This document shows positions 11,701 to 24,952 of a stretch of DNA of 64,000 nt, piece after piece. The notes beneath the pieces were generated by a model that saw only the letters and a program-made list of their open reading frames with translations, made no database searches and was not told where the DNA came from. This DNA is from Ministeria vibrans ATCC 50519 (lineage: Eukaryota > Protista > Filasterea). Position 1 is the first letter of the stretch; each line of letters starts with the position of its first letter. Location of the stretch: positions 62,001 through 126,000 of the forward strand of contig CALSCP010000905.1 of the NCBI GenBank assembly GCA_943704425.1, given 5' to 3'. Position numbers and translations under genes: made by a program.

Positions 11701-14700
11701 NNNNNNNNNNNNNNNNNNNNNNNNNNNNNNNNNNNNNNNNNNNNNNNNNNNNNNNNNNNNNNNNNNNNNNNNNNNNNNNNNNNNNNNNNNNNNNNNNNNA
11801 GCCAACGGTGACGTGTCCGGCCAACATTGCATTGACATCGCAGTCCAACGGCGGTCCCACATCGTCGGTTGCGACCTGGTCTCCCATTGCAACCACAGAC
11901 AACTCGGGCGGTGTCGTGACGGTTACAAGCACATTCGCGAGCGGGGATGCATTTCCTGTCAACGTCCAGACGACAGTGGTTGTAAGCGCCGCCGATCCCT
12001 CTGGAAACGTACAGAGCTGCTCGTTTACCGTAACGGTTGTGGATAATCACCCGCCGGTCATTGAAAACTGTCCAAGCGATCTGTCGGTTGGAACTGACGC
12101 GCAGAACTACTGTTTTGCCGAGTGGGAGGCACCTACGGCATCCGACAACGTGGGAATTGACCGTGTCACTGCGTCCGCAACCTCGGGGTCAACGCGTTTT
12201 GCGCTGGGTGTTAGTGGTGTGCTGATCACCTTTGTTGACGTGAACGAACTAAGTAGCTCGTGCACTTTCAACGTCCTCTGTAACGACAATGCAACGCCTG
12301 TGATCAGCGATTGCCCCGCAGCCCAGTCAATCAACACATCGCCGGGCGCCAACACAGGCACTGCCTCATGGACTGCACCCACCGCGACCGACAACATTGC
12401 AGTGACGTCGCTCACCAGCACGCACTCGCCGGGCTCTGCGTTCCCCGTGTCCGCACCCACAACGGTGACATACACTGCAGTTGACGCCGCCGGCAACACC
12501 GCCACCTGTTCCTTTGNNNNNNNNNNNNNNNNNNNNNNNNNNNNNNNNNNNNNNNNNNNNNNNNNNNNNNNNNNNNNNNNNNNNNNNNNNNNNNNNNNNN
12601 NCGCGGTGGCTCTGAGTGTGGCGACGGCCACGGACAACGTCGGAGTGACGGCCGTGACGAGTGACACTGCGTCGCCAGCGACACTGCCAATTGGCACGAC
12701 GACCATCACCAACACGGCGACTGATGCGGCGGGCCACGCCACATCGTGCACGTACACGGTGACGGTGGTCGACGACGAGAAGCCAACGGTGACGTGTCCG
12801 GCCAGTTGGAGTGTCCCTACAGATATCGACAAGCCAAATGCAGTCGTCACCTTTGCCTGGGCGGCGTTGGACAATGATGCGATAGCTTCTACATCCGCAA
12901 CACCCCCTTCGGGTTCAGTGTTCCCCCTGCACGCCTCCACGGTGAATATTGTTGCAGTTGACACCTCTGGCAATTCTCAAGCCTGCTCCTTTGTGGTGAC
13001 CGTTGAAGATACCCAACGTCCCGATGTGACCAACTGCCCCGAGTCGGTGACGTTGTCAACGGATGTCGGTTTGCCCTCCCGACACGTTCCCATCACGCCG
13101 CCGACCATGTCAGACAATGTTGGTGTCGTGGAAAGTGGTGTTCTGGGTCGCCCCGTCAATGATACATTCCCTCTTGGCTCAACAACAGTCTCCTACGCTC
13201 CCATCGATGCAGCCAGCAACGTCAACAATTCGTGTGTTTTTGTGGTGACCATTGAAGACCGCGAGTCGCCCAAGTTCCCCGCCGGCTGTCCCTCCAACAT
13301 CACCTTGAACACCGATGAAGGTGTTTCGTACGTAGCCAGCGTCCCTTTCAGCACGCCCGCCACGCAGGACAACGTCGCTGTCACGTCCATCACACCGTCC
13401 ATTGCGAGCGGCTCACGGTTTGATTTTGGCACGACCAGTGTCGAGTTTGTTGTCAGTGATGCGGCAGGAAACCAGCAAAGCTGTAGCTTTGCTGTGACCG
13501 TGCTGGACGCGGAGAAACCTTCGATTACTTGTCCCGCCAATATTTTCGTCGACACTGACGTGGGTGTGAACACCAAGGCGGTGAGCTGGGTGCTTCAAAC
13601 CAGCGACAACGTGGCCATGGCGTCGACATCGTCGACTCCCTCGCCAGGCACCATCTTTGACGTAGGACTCACGGTGGTGAACGCCATGGCAATGGACACA
13701 TCAGGCAACAGCGCGAGTTGTTCGTTCCTTGTCACGGTTGCCGACGTTGAGAAACCCACGGTGAGCGGCTGTCCTAAAACTCCCGTGATCCAGATTAGCA
13801 CGAGTGATGCAAGCACCAACGGCAGTGCTGTGACGTGGAGCCCACCGACTGCAGTTGACAACGATGCCATTGCGAGCGCTCAAGTGTCAGCACAGCCCGG
13901 CAGTCACTTCCCAATTGGCACATCAGGCGTGACGTATACCTGGGTGGACCTCAGCGGCAACCGAGCAGTCTGTTCTTTTGAGGTGATTGTCTACGACACT
14001 CACGCGCCCGTCTTTGCAAACTGCCCCACGACAGACTATGTCTTGCTGATCACCAACAGCTCGTCGAGCACCCATCTCTTTGAGGTGCCCAACGTGATCG
14101 CCGAGGATAACACCAACAGTACGCTTTCGTATAACTTTGCACCACACAACTCGGGCGAGCTCGTGGCCCTACCACTCGGCGTGACGCTGTTCAACATTTC
14201 GGCCAATGATGATGATGGCAACACTGCCTGGTGTGTGTTCCGCGTGGACGTCCGCGACCGAGCACCGCCCATCGTGGTCTGTCCACCTTCACAAGTGAAT
14301 GTGACTTCAACGTCGGACGCAAGTGAGACGACTGCGGTGGCCTCGTGGACCGCAGCGACGGCAACCGACAACGACGGTACTCCGCCTGTTCGCACGTCCA
14401 CGCACGAGAGCGGCGATGCCTTTCCCTTGGGTGTCACCAACGTCGTGACGCGCTTTACCGATCTCGCGCAAAACGAAGCTTCGTGTCACATTGTCGTTAC
14501 CGTCTTGGACACGCATGCGCCCGAGTTCACATCGTGCCCCGTCTCGTTCTCACAGGCGACCGATGCCTCGCTCAACACTGCAATCGTGTCATGGTCACAA
14601 GCAACGGCAACCGACAACTCGGGGGTGCTGACGGTGAGCTCGACACACGTACCGGACACAACGTTTGCTCTTGGTCCCACCACTGTCGTGTATACTGCAG

Positions 14701-17477
14701 TGGACGCCGCGGGAACAGTTGCAACGTGTTCGTTCGTTGTGACAGTTGAAGATCGCGAAAATCCGGTGGTGCTCTTCTGCCCGCAAGACATCACGACCAC
14801 CTCGAAGGCGAACGGCGACGATACCTCGAGCACTGTCACCTACACGAGCCCCTCTTTTGCCGACAATGTCGGCGTTGTCTCGGTGAGCCAGACGCACACG
14901 AGCAACGACTCATTTCCACTGGGGCTGTCCACTGTGACCTACATAGCAGCGGATGCGGCCGGCAATCAAGCGATGTGCTCGTTTGCCGTGATTGTTGTCG
15001 ATACGCACGCGCCCGTGTTCACCTTTTGTCCGCTCACGATCCAAATCCCGACGGATCTTCACATGGACACGGCTTCCTTCCTGTGGCCTCTGCCCACGGT
15101 CAGCGACAACGACGCGGTGGTGTCCCTTTCTGCAGTGGACTACCCCGAGCCCAGCGGGATCTTTCCTCTTGGTCAGTCTCCTGTGGTGTACGTTGCTGTT
15201 GACCGGTCGGGCAACACTGCCTCGTGTAGCTTTGTGGTGGAGGTATTTGATGACGAACCCCCTCGATTTGTGGCATGCCCCGGAGCTATTACGGCTCTCT
15301 CCACATCAGACGCGGACACCCAGGGAGCACAAGTGACGTGGGATGTTCGGGCAACCGACAACGTCGAACTTGCAACATTGACCGTCTTCCCGCCCATGAC
15401 CACGACCTTTTCCATTGGCACGACGGCAGTTACAGCGATCGCTGTTGACACTGCAAGCTTGACAACCACGTGCGAGTGGACCGTGTCCATTCTGGATTCG
15501 CATGCACCAGTGTGGGCAAACTGTCCCAAAGACATTGCGGTGGACAATGATCTAGGCGGTATCGTAGCCAACGTCACTTGGCCAGCGCCCACGGTCGCTG
15601 ACAATGTTGCGGTGGCGGAGACTCGTCTCACGCCGAGCTCTTCGGTGTTTTCGCCGGGTACCACTGCAGTGGTCTACTGGGCCGTTGACGACGCTGGCAA
15701 CGAGGCTCTCTGTCAGTTTACAGTGACGGTGACGTTGGTGAACCATGCCCCCGTCTTCGTGACAAACTCGGACGCCTTCTCGGTCGACGAGAACGCTCCC
15801 GGTGGACAGATACTGACAGGCTCGCCTGTGATTGCAACCGACGTTGACTTTAACCAGGAGCTGCTTTTCTCGATCACCGGCGGATTGGGCGCGAGCGCCT
15901 TTTCAGTGGACCAGCGCACGGGCGCTCTGCAGGTGAGCGGCATTGCGGATCTCGACTACGAGGTGCAATCGCAGTACGTCATTGAGTTGACCGTGACCGA
16001 CAATGGGCTTCCCGCGCCACAGGCAGCCTCCAAAACCTTTACCATTGATCTGGTCAACGTCAACGATGCGCCTGTACTCACTTTCAGTCGCGATATTGCC
16101 TTTGACTATGCTGCCACCCACACGAACATGCTTGTGGCGACGGCAACCATGTTCGATGAAGACGGGCCGCACAAGCAAGAGCTTCTTCTTGAACTCGAAG
16201 GACCAGATGCAACGCGCTTTGTGCTGAACGTGACGTCAAACAATGCCGGGCATGTCACTGCCCCCGCGCGACTGCCCATTGGCGAGTACCGTTTGGAGGC
16301 GTCGTTGACTGACGTGCCTGTTCGCTCCGACTGGCTTCCCATCTCGGTGCAGAAGCACGTTACCGTGGCGGTGCGCGCGAGCATCAAACTGGGTGCCGAG
16401 CTGACCGAGAATGACTGTGCTGCTGTGCTTCATGCCGATACCAATGCCACTTTTGCACTGCCGCTCCTTGAACAGTTCTATGCGACACTTGGCCTGCCAC
16501 CTGGCTCCATTGACGCCGTCGAGGTGCTTTGTGGGGCACAACGCCGTCGCGCTGGCGCCAACGAGCCACCAGTTGTTGTCCTCAATCTGCCAGTGCTCCC
16601 GTCTCCTGTGGACATGTCGCCGGAAGCCCTTTCGGCGCTTCTTCAAAATGCCGTGAGCAATGGCACGTCTCCCTTCTTCAACAGCACGTTTGTGACCGAC
16701 CCAAGCCAGATCCGGCTCTTCTTCATAAGCTCCACAGCGCCCGCGGCAGCATCGTCGTCGTCGTCGTCGGCGTCGGTGAGCATTGGCATTGGCGCAGGAG
16801 TCGGCGTAGCCATTGTGCTGGTCGTTGTGATCCTACTTGTCTATCGCCACGGCCGAACAACCAAGTACAGCAGTCGGTCGGCCGCGAGCACGCACCAGTC
16901 GCTGGCGGGCTACCCAAGCACCTCTTCGACTGCTGCAGGTGGCTCCAAGCCCGTCGAGGGACTGGGCGCGTATCTACTGCAGGAGCATGGTCTTGAGATT
17001 GATACGGGCGACGTTGAAGACTTTGTGGCGAGTCCAAAGACGGGCCATGAGGTTGGCGAGATGGATGACGACTTCTTCATGGAGCCTGACGTGTGGCGCA
17101 CCGTGACGGCGTCCAAGGCGTCGTCGCACTCGTCGTTCTGGGTAAACCCCATCCTGTTCCTCGACGACGCGCCCGTGGGCGAGTCCACCGAGCTCTCCTC
17201 CTTCGACGCAGCGCCCGTCGGATCCCATCTCACGCGACGCGCCACGCTGCTCGAGTCGTTGAGCAAGTCGGGCTCGCTCTTCCTCGGCAACGATTTCCCC
17301 GCCACTCGCACTGCCAACGACGACGACGCCGACGACGCCACCCATGCCGCCTACCCCAACCACCCCGACCACAGCGACACCGACGACGATGACAACTTCC
17401 TGGCCGACGACGACGACGACGACGACGCCGAGGATCCCAACTTTCTCGTCGACGACGACGACGACGACCAGCTCTAG
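5780..17477 (+). CDS. Giant type I transmembrane protein (>3000 aa): signal peptide, 4 N-terminal Cys/Tyr-rich modules, about 30 TNFR-like Cys repeats, about 19 HYR domains, cadherin repeat(s), TM helix, acidic cytoplasmic tail
   Basis: MISTLLLVVICLGREVAA signal at 5780. Many small GT-AG exons at 5780-8160. CxxCxxxCxxGxYExxxCTxxxNRVC repeats at 8355-11060. HYR repeats (PxxxxCP...ATDN...FPxGxTxVxYxAxDxxGN..xCxFxVxV) at 11060-15740. Cadherin domain NHAPVF...SVDENA...ATDVD...LDYE...VTDNG...VNVNDAP at 15740-16075. TM IGIGAGVGVAIVLVVVILLVY at about 16780-16845. Stop at 17477. Confidence 0.9.
6790..7918 (+). repeat. Near-identical intragenic duplication of exon-intron-exon block (6790-7000, 7495-7708, partial 7806-7918)
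   Basis: Near-identical sequence including the intron 'gtattcaagacaaaagttcaacaagacactctaattgtctcacgtcattcatttt'. The third copy flanks an N gap. Confidence 0.85.
11353..12514 (+). repeat. Near-identical duplicated HYR-coding segment (11353-11533 and 12334-12514)
   Basis: The NTSPGANTGTASWTAPTATDNIAVTSLTSTHS..GSAFPVSAPTTVTYTAVDAAGNTATCSF unit occurs twice, near-identical at the nucleotide level. Each copy is followed by an N gap. Confidence 0.9.
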
Positions 17478-17666
17478 TCGTCCATCGAGCTATATTGCTT
17501 TTTCTTTCAAAAAAAAAACTTAATAAGAAAAAAATTGAATAAAACTGTTTTTTGTTGTTGTTTATCATTATTAATTTTTTTATTAAAATAAATTATTATT
17601 TTTAATAATTATTTATTTTTATTATTATAATTATTTACAATTCGATAGTTTATGTTCATAGTCGAC

Positions 17667-18845
17667 CTATAATGCAATGAGAACCTCGGTTGCCACGCGA
17701 TGCGACGGGGACTCGACAGTGTCTTCGGTCGCCCACAGTGCCACGGCCGAGCGCAGCTGAGTGTGTGCAGTGTCGTGCATCAATGCACGCACTCTCTCAC
17801 GTCCCAACGACGCACACACGCGGCGCACGAGCCGAAGCAACCGCTCGCCCAGCACGTCATTTGCAAGGCGCTTACTCTCCGTCAGTATCTCCGCAATCAG
17901 TCTTGCGCTCTCCGTGTTCACCAATTCACTGTGGTGTCGCCCGTACAGCTGCGAGAGTAACATCAGTGAGATGCTCGCCGAGTCCGCCACGCGCGTCGCC
18001 TGCCCACAATGGACCAGTCGCAACAAAGTGCCCATCACACGCGTCAGTGGTCGCCCTTGCATCAGCGCCTCCTCTGCGCGCTCACTTGCAGTCAGCTCGC
18101 TCGTCTTAGTTCGCGTTGTTTCTTTTAGTGCACCCCGAACCAATCGCGCAATGTCCTCCAGTACACCCTGTGTCAGTCGCAGTGGTCCTTCTACTGCCGT
18201 CAGCACCCCCTTCTCTGCTCCCAAGCCAACGGCAACGTACTCAATCGCAGTTGCACACGCACCGGCAAGCGGCGCACGCACATGCTCCCCATCCCACCCA
18301 ATGGCAATCAGTGTCTCACAGACCAGTTCCAGAACACCCTCTGAGGTCGTTGTCTCAGGCTTCCCCACCAGCTCCACGAGTCGCTTCACCACCGCCGTAT
18401 GATCATCTGTCCCTACCTGTGGCCTGCGCTCAGGCAGTGTGTGCTGCACAACCACCGAGAGAACCCTCACTGCCCGCTGTACCAGCACAGGCCCTCCCTC
18501 TTCCTCTGCCACAAGTACACTCAGTACGGGGAACAGTCGCATCGCGTATTTTTCACACACTCGCTCCATCAAATCCTATAAAATATTAAAATCAAAGAGT
18601 TAACGTTGCATCAGCGTAAAACATTATGCATCACAATTATCGAGTAAAAGGTACTTGTCGGAGGGCAATCGAGAGCAAATCAGCAAAGCAGGAGAGAACC
18701 AAAAAGCGAATGTCACTGACCGCCAGACGTCGAGCAGGAGCGTCACTATCGTGCACCACTAGGTCCGCACGTTCCAATACGCCCAGAAGACGTGTCATTA
18801 GCGCCTGGAGCTGTGGCTCTGATACATTTGGAATGCACTACACAT

Positions 18846-18929
<84 letters not shown>

Positions 18930-21900
18930 ATCAACATTGATAACACTGGCACGATTAATAACAGTAAAAAATTATTTTCTTAAAAACTTTTCTTACGGAG
19001 ATATAACTCTCAATGAGAGTCACGAGTGCACGGAAGAGGGATGCGGTCGTAGCGGGACCAATCACGTTAATGGCAACCACAGATTCTTGAGGGGGTGCAC
19101 TACGTCGGTCGGCTGAAGCGGTGGCGGCAAAGAGAGAGAGGAGGGGCTCGAGAATGCTGGAGGGAAGCAGGTCGGGTGCGGAGGGCTCGTGGAGGAGGAG
19201 GTGATACTGGCGTGGGGTGGCTGTAAGGGCGGATGTGAGCAGGGCGAAGAGGTCGGCGCACTCGCGCAGGTCTTTTTGTCGCGCCAGATTCGCGTGACGA
19301 CGCCCCACAAGCGCACGCAGAGCCGCCAGTAAGTGTTGTGCGCTCGTGTAGAACTCACTGCGAAGGGTCTCGACACAGTAGCGGTGACAGCGCTTTATGT
19401 AGAGCTGCTCGTGATCTAGAACATTACTTGCGGCTGTGGGGCAGGCACAATCAATGGCCGAAGTGAGGTGTGCAAGACCGCCTTGTCGGGCGAACGTGGC
19501 CAGAGCCACTGCGGGCGACAGATGACACATGCGCGCTACTGCCACAAGTGCCTTGCCACGCACCACCTGCTCCGCTGTTGTTGATGCGATTGCAGAAGTT
19601 GAGCTGCGCTGTGTTGTTGCGACAGACATGAGTGTGTTCAACAGGGCCACATCGCCAAAGAGTGCCTGTTGTACTCGCTTGAGTGCGCTACTGCTGCTCT
19701 CATTCAGAGGCACCAGTGTCAAAAGGAGCGAGAGACACGCCTGCCGTGCCACAAGATGCGCGTCACGCAGACCCTGTGCAAGTGCTGATGTGCTGGCGGC
19801 TGCCTTATCAAACACGCCCACTGCAACGGCCGAGCGAGCAGTGGCGAGACGTGCCAGTGCAACCATCGCACTTGCACATGTGCTGTGTTCCTTTCGATAG
19901 GTCTGCCACAGTGCCAACGCCACGGCGCTCGTGCACAGTCGTGTTTGCACAAGATTGTGGGCCGTCGCGTGCACTGACACATTGGCAATGGTGTGCACTG
20001 CGGCACGACGCACATGGGGTTCTTCGTGGGAGCCGAGCGCACGAATGACAATGGTAAAGGCGCCGTCAGGTGGCTGGACAGTTCCGTCGCCATCCACATT
20101 GCGAGTGACTGTGTAGAACAGTAGTTCGCCTAGAGCTGGCATGGCAGTGCGTTTGACCGCAATAGGCTGTGTCTGCAGTCGCAGCAGGTCCATGAGCGTC
20201 GCAAATACTGTGGGCACATTGAAGGCAACGCCGAGCTCGGGAGATTGACGCACCACAAGACCAACAATGTGCGCAGCGGTGGCGCGTACGTCAATAGACG
20301 CTTCACGTTTCAACAGGGGACACAGCTGTTGAGCAATAAGCGGTGTCTGCGCAAGCACAGCAACACACGTTGTGTGTGAACAGAGCGACTCAAGGTAGCG
20401 CGCACAGGCGACACGCGCGCGCTCAGACTCGCCGTCACGACCAGAAAGAGCACGTAGGACTCGCTCGAGGTGTTGTGTGGTGTTTTCAGGCGACTCACTC
20501 GCGAGTTTTGTGGCGGTGGTGGGACGAAACGGAAGATGAGCCTTATGCGGCGATTTGGACGGGGATGTGGTGACAATGGGAGAGATGATAGAGTCAGTTG
20601 AATGGTAAGCGTCAAAGTCCATCTGAATGGCGGGTGCAGCTGCGTTGTCGCTGTGAGGCGCACTCTGGGGCTCGCGAGAGGACGGCTGTACATGTGCTAC
20701 AGTTGATGCAATATCGTCATGAGCGGTTGTAGGGTGCTGCCTTGAATCGACGTCGAATGAGGGTGCTGAAGTAGCGCGTGTGGCGTGGTTGCTGCTGAGA
20801 GTGATGGTCTCTGAACCACTGGCGAGGTGACGTTGATTGACGGCTGCAAGGACCGCGGCGCGGCCGAGTTGCCCATGTTGCACGAGTCGCGTGCGTTCGC
20901 GATCGTCAGCGGGTTTAGTAGCCTCCGTTCGTGGTGCATTAACAGCTTGCAGAATTGATGAAGATGAAGGGTTCACTTCAAGGGTCGTCTCTTCGATTGG
21001 CATTGTACTGCTGCTTGCCACAGCTGCCCGTGCAGCCTCCATCACCCTTTCATAGTCACTGTCGTCACTTGAGACATCTCCTTCCTTCTCTTCATTAGCT
21101 ATGCCGTCGTCGACGTCACTCTCCTCTGCCTTTGAGGTGGGCAAAGCAGCAACAATTCGCCAGGGAGATGAGCGATGCATTGAGCCCACACTGGGCGGTC
21201 GTCGCTCGCCGTCCTCGACAGGCCCATCCAGCTCATGATCACGCTCGCTACATGTTCTCGGCCTCCATACTTTACCGGCTTCTTCGAATTCCTCATCAAT
21301 ATCGTCGTCTGAGCGCATTTGCAGTGTGCCAACCAATCCGCCCGCCAGCGCGGCCGACGCACGGACGGACGCGTAGACCAAATGCGAGTGGTTCGCGTCA
21401 AACACTGCCGCTACGGCCTCCGCAAGTGCCTCTGCCTCGTCTCCACCCTCACCCTCAGCCTCACTCTCGTCGTCGTCGTCGTCGCAGTCGTCGTCATCGT
21501 TCTCCTGGTGCCCATCGCGACGCAGTGAGCCAAACGAGACGCATGAGAGGTCAACAATGTGCTCGTCCCGCTGTAGACCTTCTTCTTCCTCTTCCGCACC
21601 AGCTGCAAGCGTCTCATCTTGATCTTGATGCGCGTCCACCGATTCATCAACCTCAAGCTCAAGGCGCTCTTCTCGTCGTGGGTAGTGGACTGTTCGGTGC
21701 TCTTCGGCAATGTCAAGAGAATCACAGAGCAGTGGTGTGTCTTCGCCCCAAACGCGGTGCGTCGCAATCTCAGGCCAAGTGGCGCGTTCACTTGGGTCTT
21801 TAATAAGAAGTCGTTGCAGCAGATCACGCATGGCCTCGCTTGCATTCTCAGGCGGCTCATATTCGCCCGTGAGCGTCGCCAGCACCATTTCGTCATGGGT

Positions 21901-22698
21901 ACCGCCACCAAAGGGGGCGGTGCCCGTCAGCATTTCGTGCACGACCACACCAAATGCCCACGTCTCTGCCGCCACCGTGTACATGCCTTGCGCATGAAAA
22001 AGCTCTGGTGCAGTATACTGGACGTGTGATGAGCGCGCTCGCGGCGGAGTCATGATTCCGTCCTCCAGAAAAATCTTTGCAATGAACCAAAAGTTAGGAC
22101 ATTATCATTTCAAGGTTCGTTTTAATTTGGTCATGTTTCAAAAAATGATTACACCTGTGCTTCGTACCGCTCTGGTGAGGTCGCACCACTTGAGACCTCC
22201 AAGGGCATCGCACAAGATGTTTGTCGGATCCACGTTGGCCAGGAGGACGCTCATGGAGCAGGCATGGACCAGGGCCGAGGCAATGTCGCGAGCAAATGCA
22301 ATGGCTGTCGCCTCGGGCAACGGACCGTCTTGCTCTAAAAGTGCTTGCAGCGTCCCGCCGCTGCACAGTTCGCTCACTGTCCATATGTGTTGTTGGGTTT
22401 CATGCCATTCATACAGCTGGGCAATACGTGCCGAGTTTGACACTGAGTGACAGAGGACAGTTTGAAAAAAAATGATCAACAGCTCTCCTGGTAGCTTACA
22501 CGTAGCGCGCGACACGACCGTCTGCGAGACGTGATGAAAAAGGACCTCTTGAGCTCGCGCTGAGCGTTCAACAAGGTCTCGGCGATCTTTATCGACGGAC
22601 TTGACACACACATACTCAATGGTGTGTTTCTCGCGTCCACGGTACGCCACCGTGCCCGCTCCTCGCCCGCACTCTCCGTAGATGATGTACCGGTCCAT
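17667..22698 (-). CDS. ULK4: ULK4/RUNKEL-like pseudokinase with C-terminal HEAT/ARM repeats
   Basis: MDRYIIYGECGRGAGTVAYRGREKHTIEYVCVKSVDK, YEWHETQQHIWTVSELCSGGTL, YTAPELF, LLIKDPSERATWPEIATHRVW, and the HEAT region ALGELLFY. Multi-exon. Confidence 0.9.
18848..18923. repeat. (CA)n microsatellite in a ULK4 intron
   Basis: Direct dinucleotide run; similar runs at 25462-25535 and 26523-26557. Confidence 0.95.
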
Positions 22699-22904
22699 AC
22701 AGGATCTATCTTGCGCACTACAGATATGCGATAGTGCGAAGGTTGGAAGAAAGTGTGAATTCACTCACTGAATTGTGAAAGTGATCGGAATCATTCAGAC
22801 AATTTTTGATCTTTTGTTTTTAGTCCCACCGCCCTCTCTCTTTCTCTCTCTGCCTCTCTCTTATCGCTCCACCAGTTACACCTTGCCTTCACTCCAGTGC
22901 TCCA

Positions 22905-23100
22905 ATGCCGCGCCCCTCCTCCCTGGTTGCCATTGTGGCGCTGTTTGTGTCGCTGACTCTCTCAGCGGCCGTCTCGCCGCCCCCGGGCGAGTCTGTGGTT
23001 CCCGTGCCCGACGATCCCTACGTCAATCGGTACTACATCTTTCTACTCTGCTTGCCGTACCCTTTCTCTTCAACCGTCTGTCACTTTTTTGTGACCGCAG

Positions 23101-23159
<59 letters not shown>

Positions 23160-24891
23160 TGAACTCACAGGCAAAAACTTCGCAGTCAGCGTGGCATGAA
23201 TCTGATCAAGGTGAAGGAGTATCCTCTGGCCATCCCCTTTCTGGAGGAGACAGTGCGCCAAGTGCCTACCAGCTCGCGTGCTCTCAACGACCTGGGCGTC
23301 GTTCTGTGGCGTTTCGACGATCGAGTGGTGCGAGGAAAAAGAACAAACAAAAACGCATCGCTGTCGTACGCTCAGGCGCGCCTCGTTTACACTCGTCTCT
23401 CCGTTGCCTATGCAGGGTGCTCGAAAGGCCTTTGAGAAGGCGCTAGCGCTGAACCCGGACAACGACAAGGCGCGGCGTAACATGCGACACTTGAACGAGA
23501 CGTATATGGGTGGACAGGGGGAGCGTGTCGAAGAGGACGAGTACGAGCCGGAGGTGTGGGCGATGGACGGGGTCTCGACGCGATCGTCGGGCCGGCATCG
23601 TCGCACGCCTCGCCAGGTTGAGCACAGGGTGGAACAGCTGCCGCAGCTGACACTTGTCGAGTTGGAGGACGGCGAGGGCAAACCGCTGGACAACGGGTAC
23701 ACCAAAGGCCTGACCATGTTTGGGCTGCAGGGTGCCATGGACGCCTGGCCGCATCCTATTGGGTCGGCCATTACGCTTGAGTACCTGCGCGAGAACCACG
23801 GTCACGAGATTGTCGACTACTATCCGGTGGGTGCGCAGTTTCAGTCGAAACCTGACACGCACCCCTACCGCATCGCCATGCGCGACGCCATCGACATGAT
23901 GCTATTCAACTACAGCTTTTACGAGCCACACAACGTGGGCACATACTTTCACTGGAACATGCTGGTCGAGGACGTAGCGGCGCTCAATGTGCGTCTGGGC
24001 GGTCGTCTGCCGAGCATGTTCAGTCGCGACCTGGACGCCCTGCGCATCTGCTTCGACAACGACCAGTCGGCCATGGAAGATATGATGTACGCCGAGCACT
24101 GGACCATGCTGCTTGTAGCGTCCCGTGGCGCCGGCATGTTCATGCACACCGACTACCTGCGCACCAGCTCATGGCAGGCGCAGCTGCTGGGCCGCAAGCG
24201 CTGGCACCTGTGCTACCCCAACCAGACCGAGTTCATGTACTCGGCGGGCGACTGGAGCGGCTTTGATCCTGACTATGACAACGTATTATGCAGTGGTGTG
24301 AATTGTGATTCTATTGCATGTGTATGCATGCATGTGTGTTTGTCTGTGTGTTTTCTTCTTCTTCTTTTTCTTTTCTTGTGATTTGTGTGTGTGTGTGTGT
24401 GTGCGTGTATGATTTCTTGTGTGAGTGGGGTGTGTCATTGTGTGTGTGTGTGTGTGTGATTTGACTTTCTCTCTCACACTCTTCTTTTTCTTACTTTTAC
24501 TGTGCCAGTTTCCGAGGTTGCGTGATGCGACCTGTTACCAGCACGATGTACGTGAGGGCGAGATGTTCTACTATCCCGCAGTAAGTTACACGAGAGAAGG
24601 AATCGAATCGTTAATAATTGATAAAGAGAAGAGCAATTTAGAGCACATTAATAATTATTATTATCATTATAGGACACATGGCACCAGACAGTCAACATTG
24701 ACCCGATCAACATTGCATACAGTGCGTCTGTTGTCGACCACAACAACTGGCGCGACATCCACGAGGCGTTTGTAGGGCGCTGCACACGCGACTCCAATAC
24801 CTACCAGCAGACCACCTGCGATATCCTTCCCGCATGCTATGAGAGATGGGAACGTCATTTTGAGGGACATGCTCAGAACGACGAGCTCTGA
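22905..24891 (+). CDS. ER-luminal TPR plus JmjC (2OG/Fe oxygenase) protein with signal peptide and C-terminal NDEL
   Basis: Signal MPRPSSLVAIVALFVSLTLSAA. TPR ALNDLGVVLW...ARKAFEKALALNPDNDKARRNM. JmjC GAGMFMHTD...WQAQLLGRKRWHL...EGEMFYYPA|DTWHQT with the HxD...H triad. Spliced last exon ends HAQNDEL*. Confidence 0.85.
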
Positions 24892-24952
24892 TGATATAAT
24901 ATAATATACTTAGCGAATGAGAGAAAGTGCATTATGTGCATAATCTTTATTA

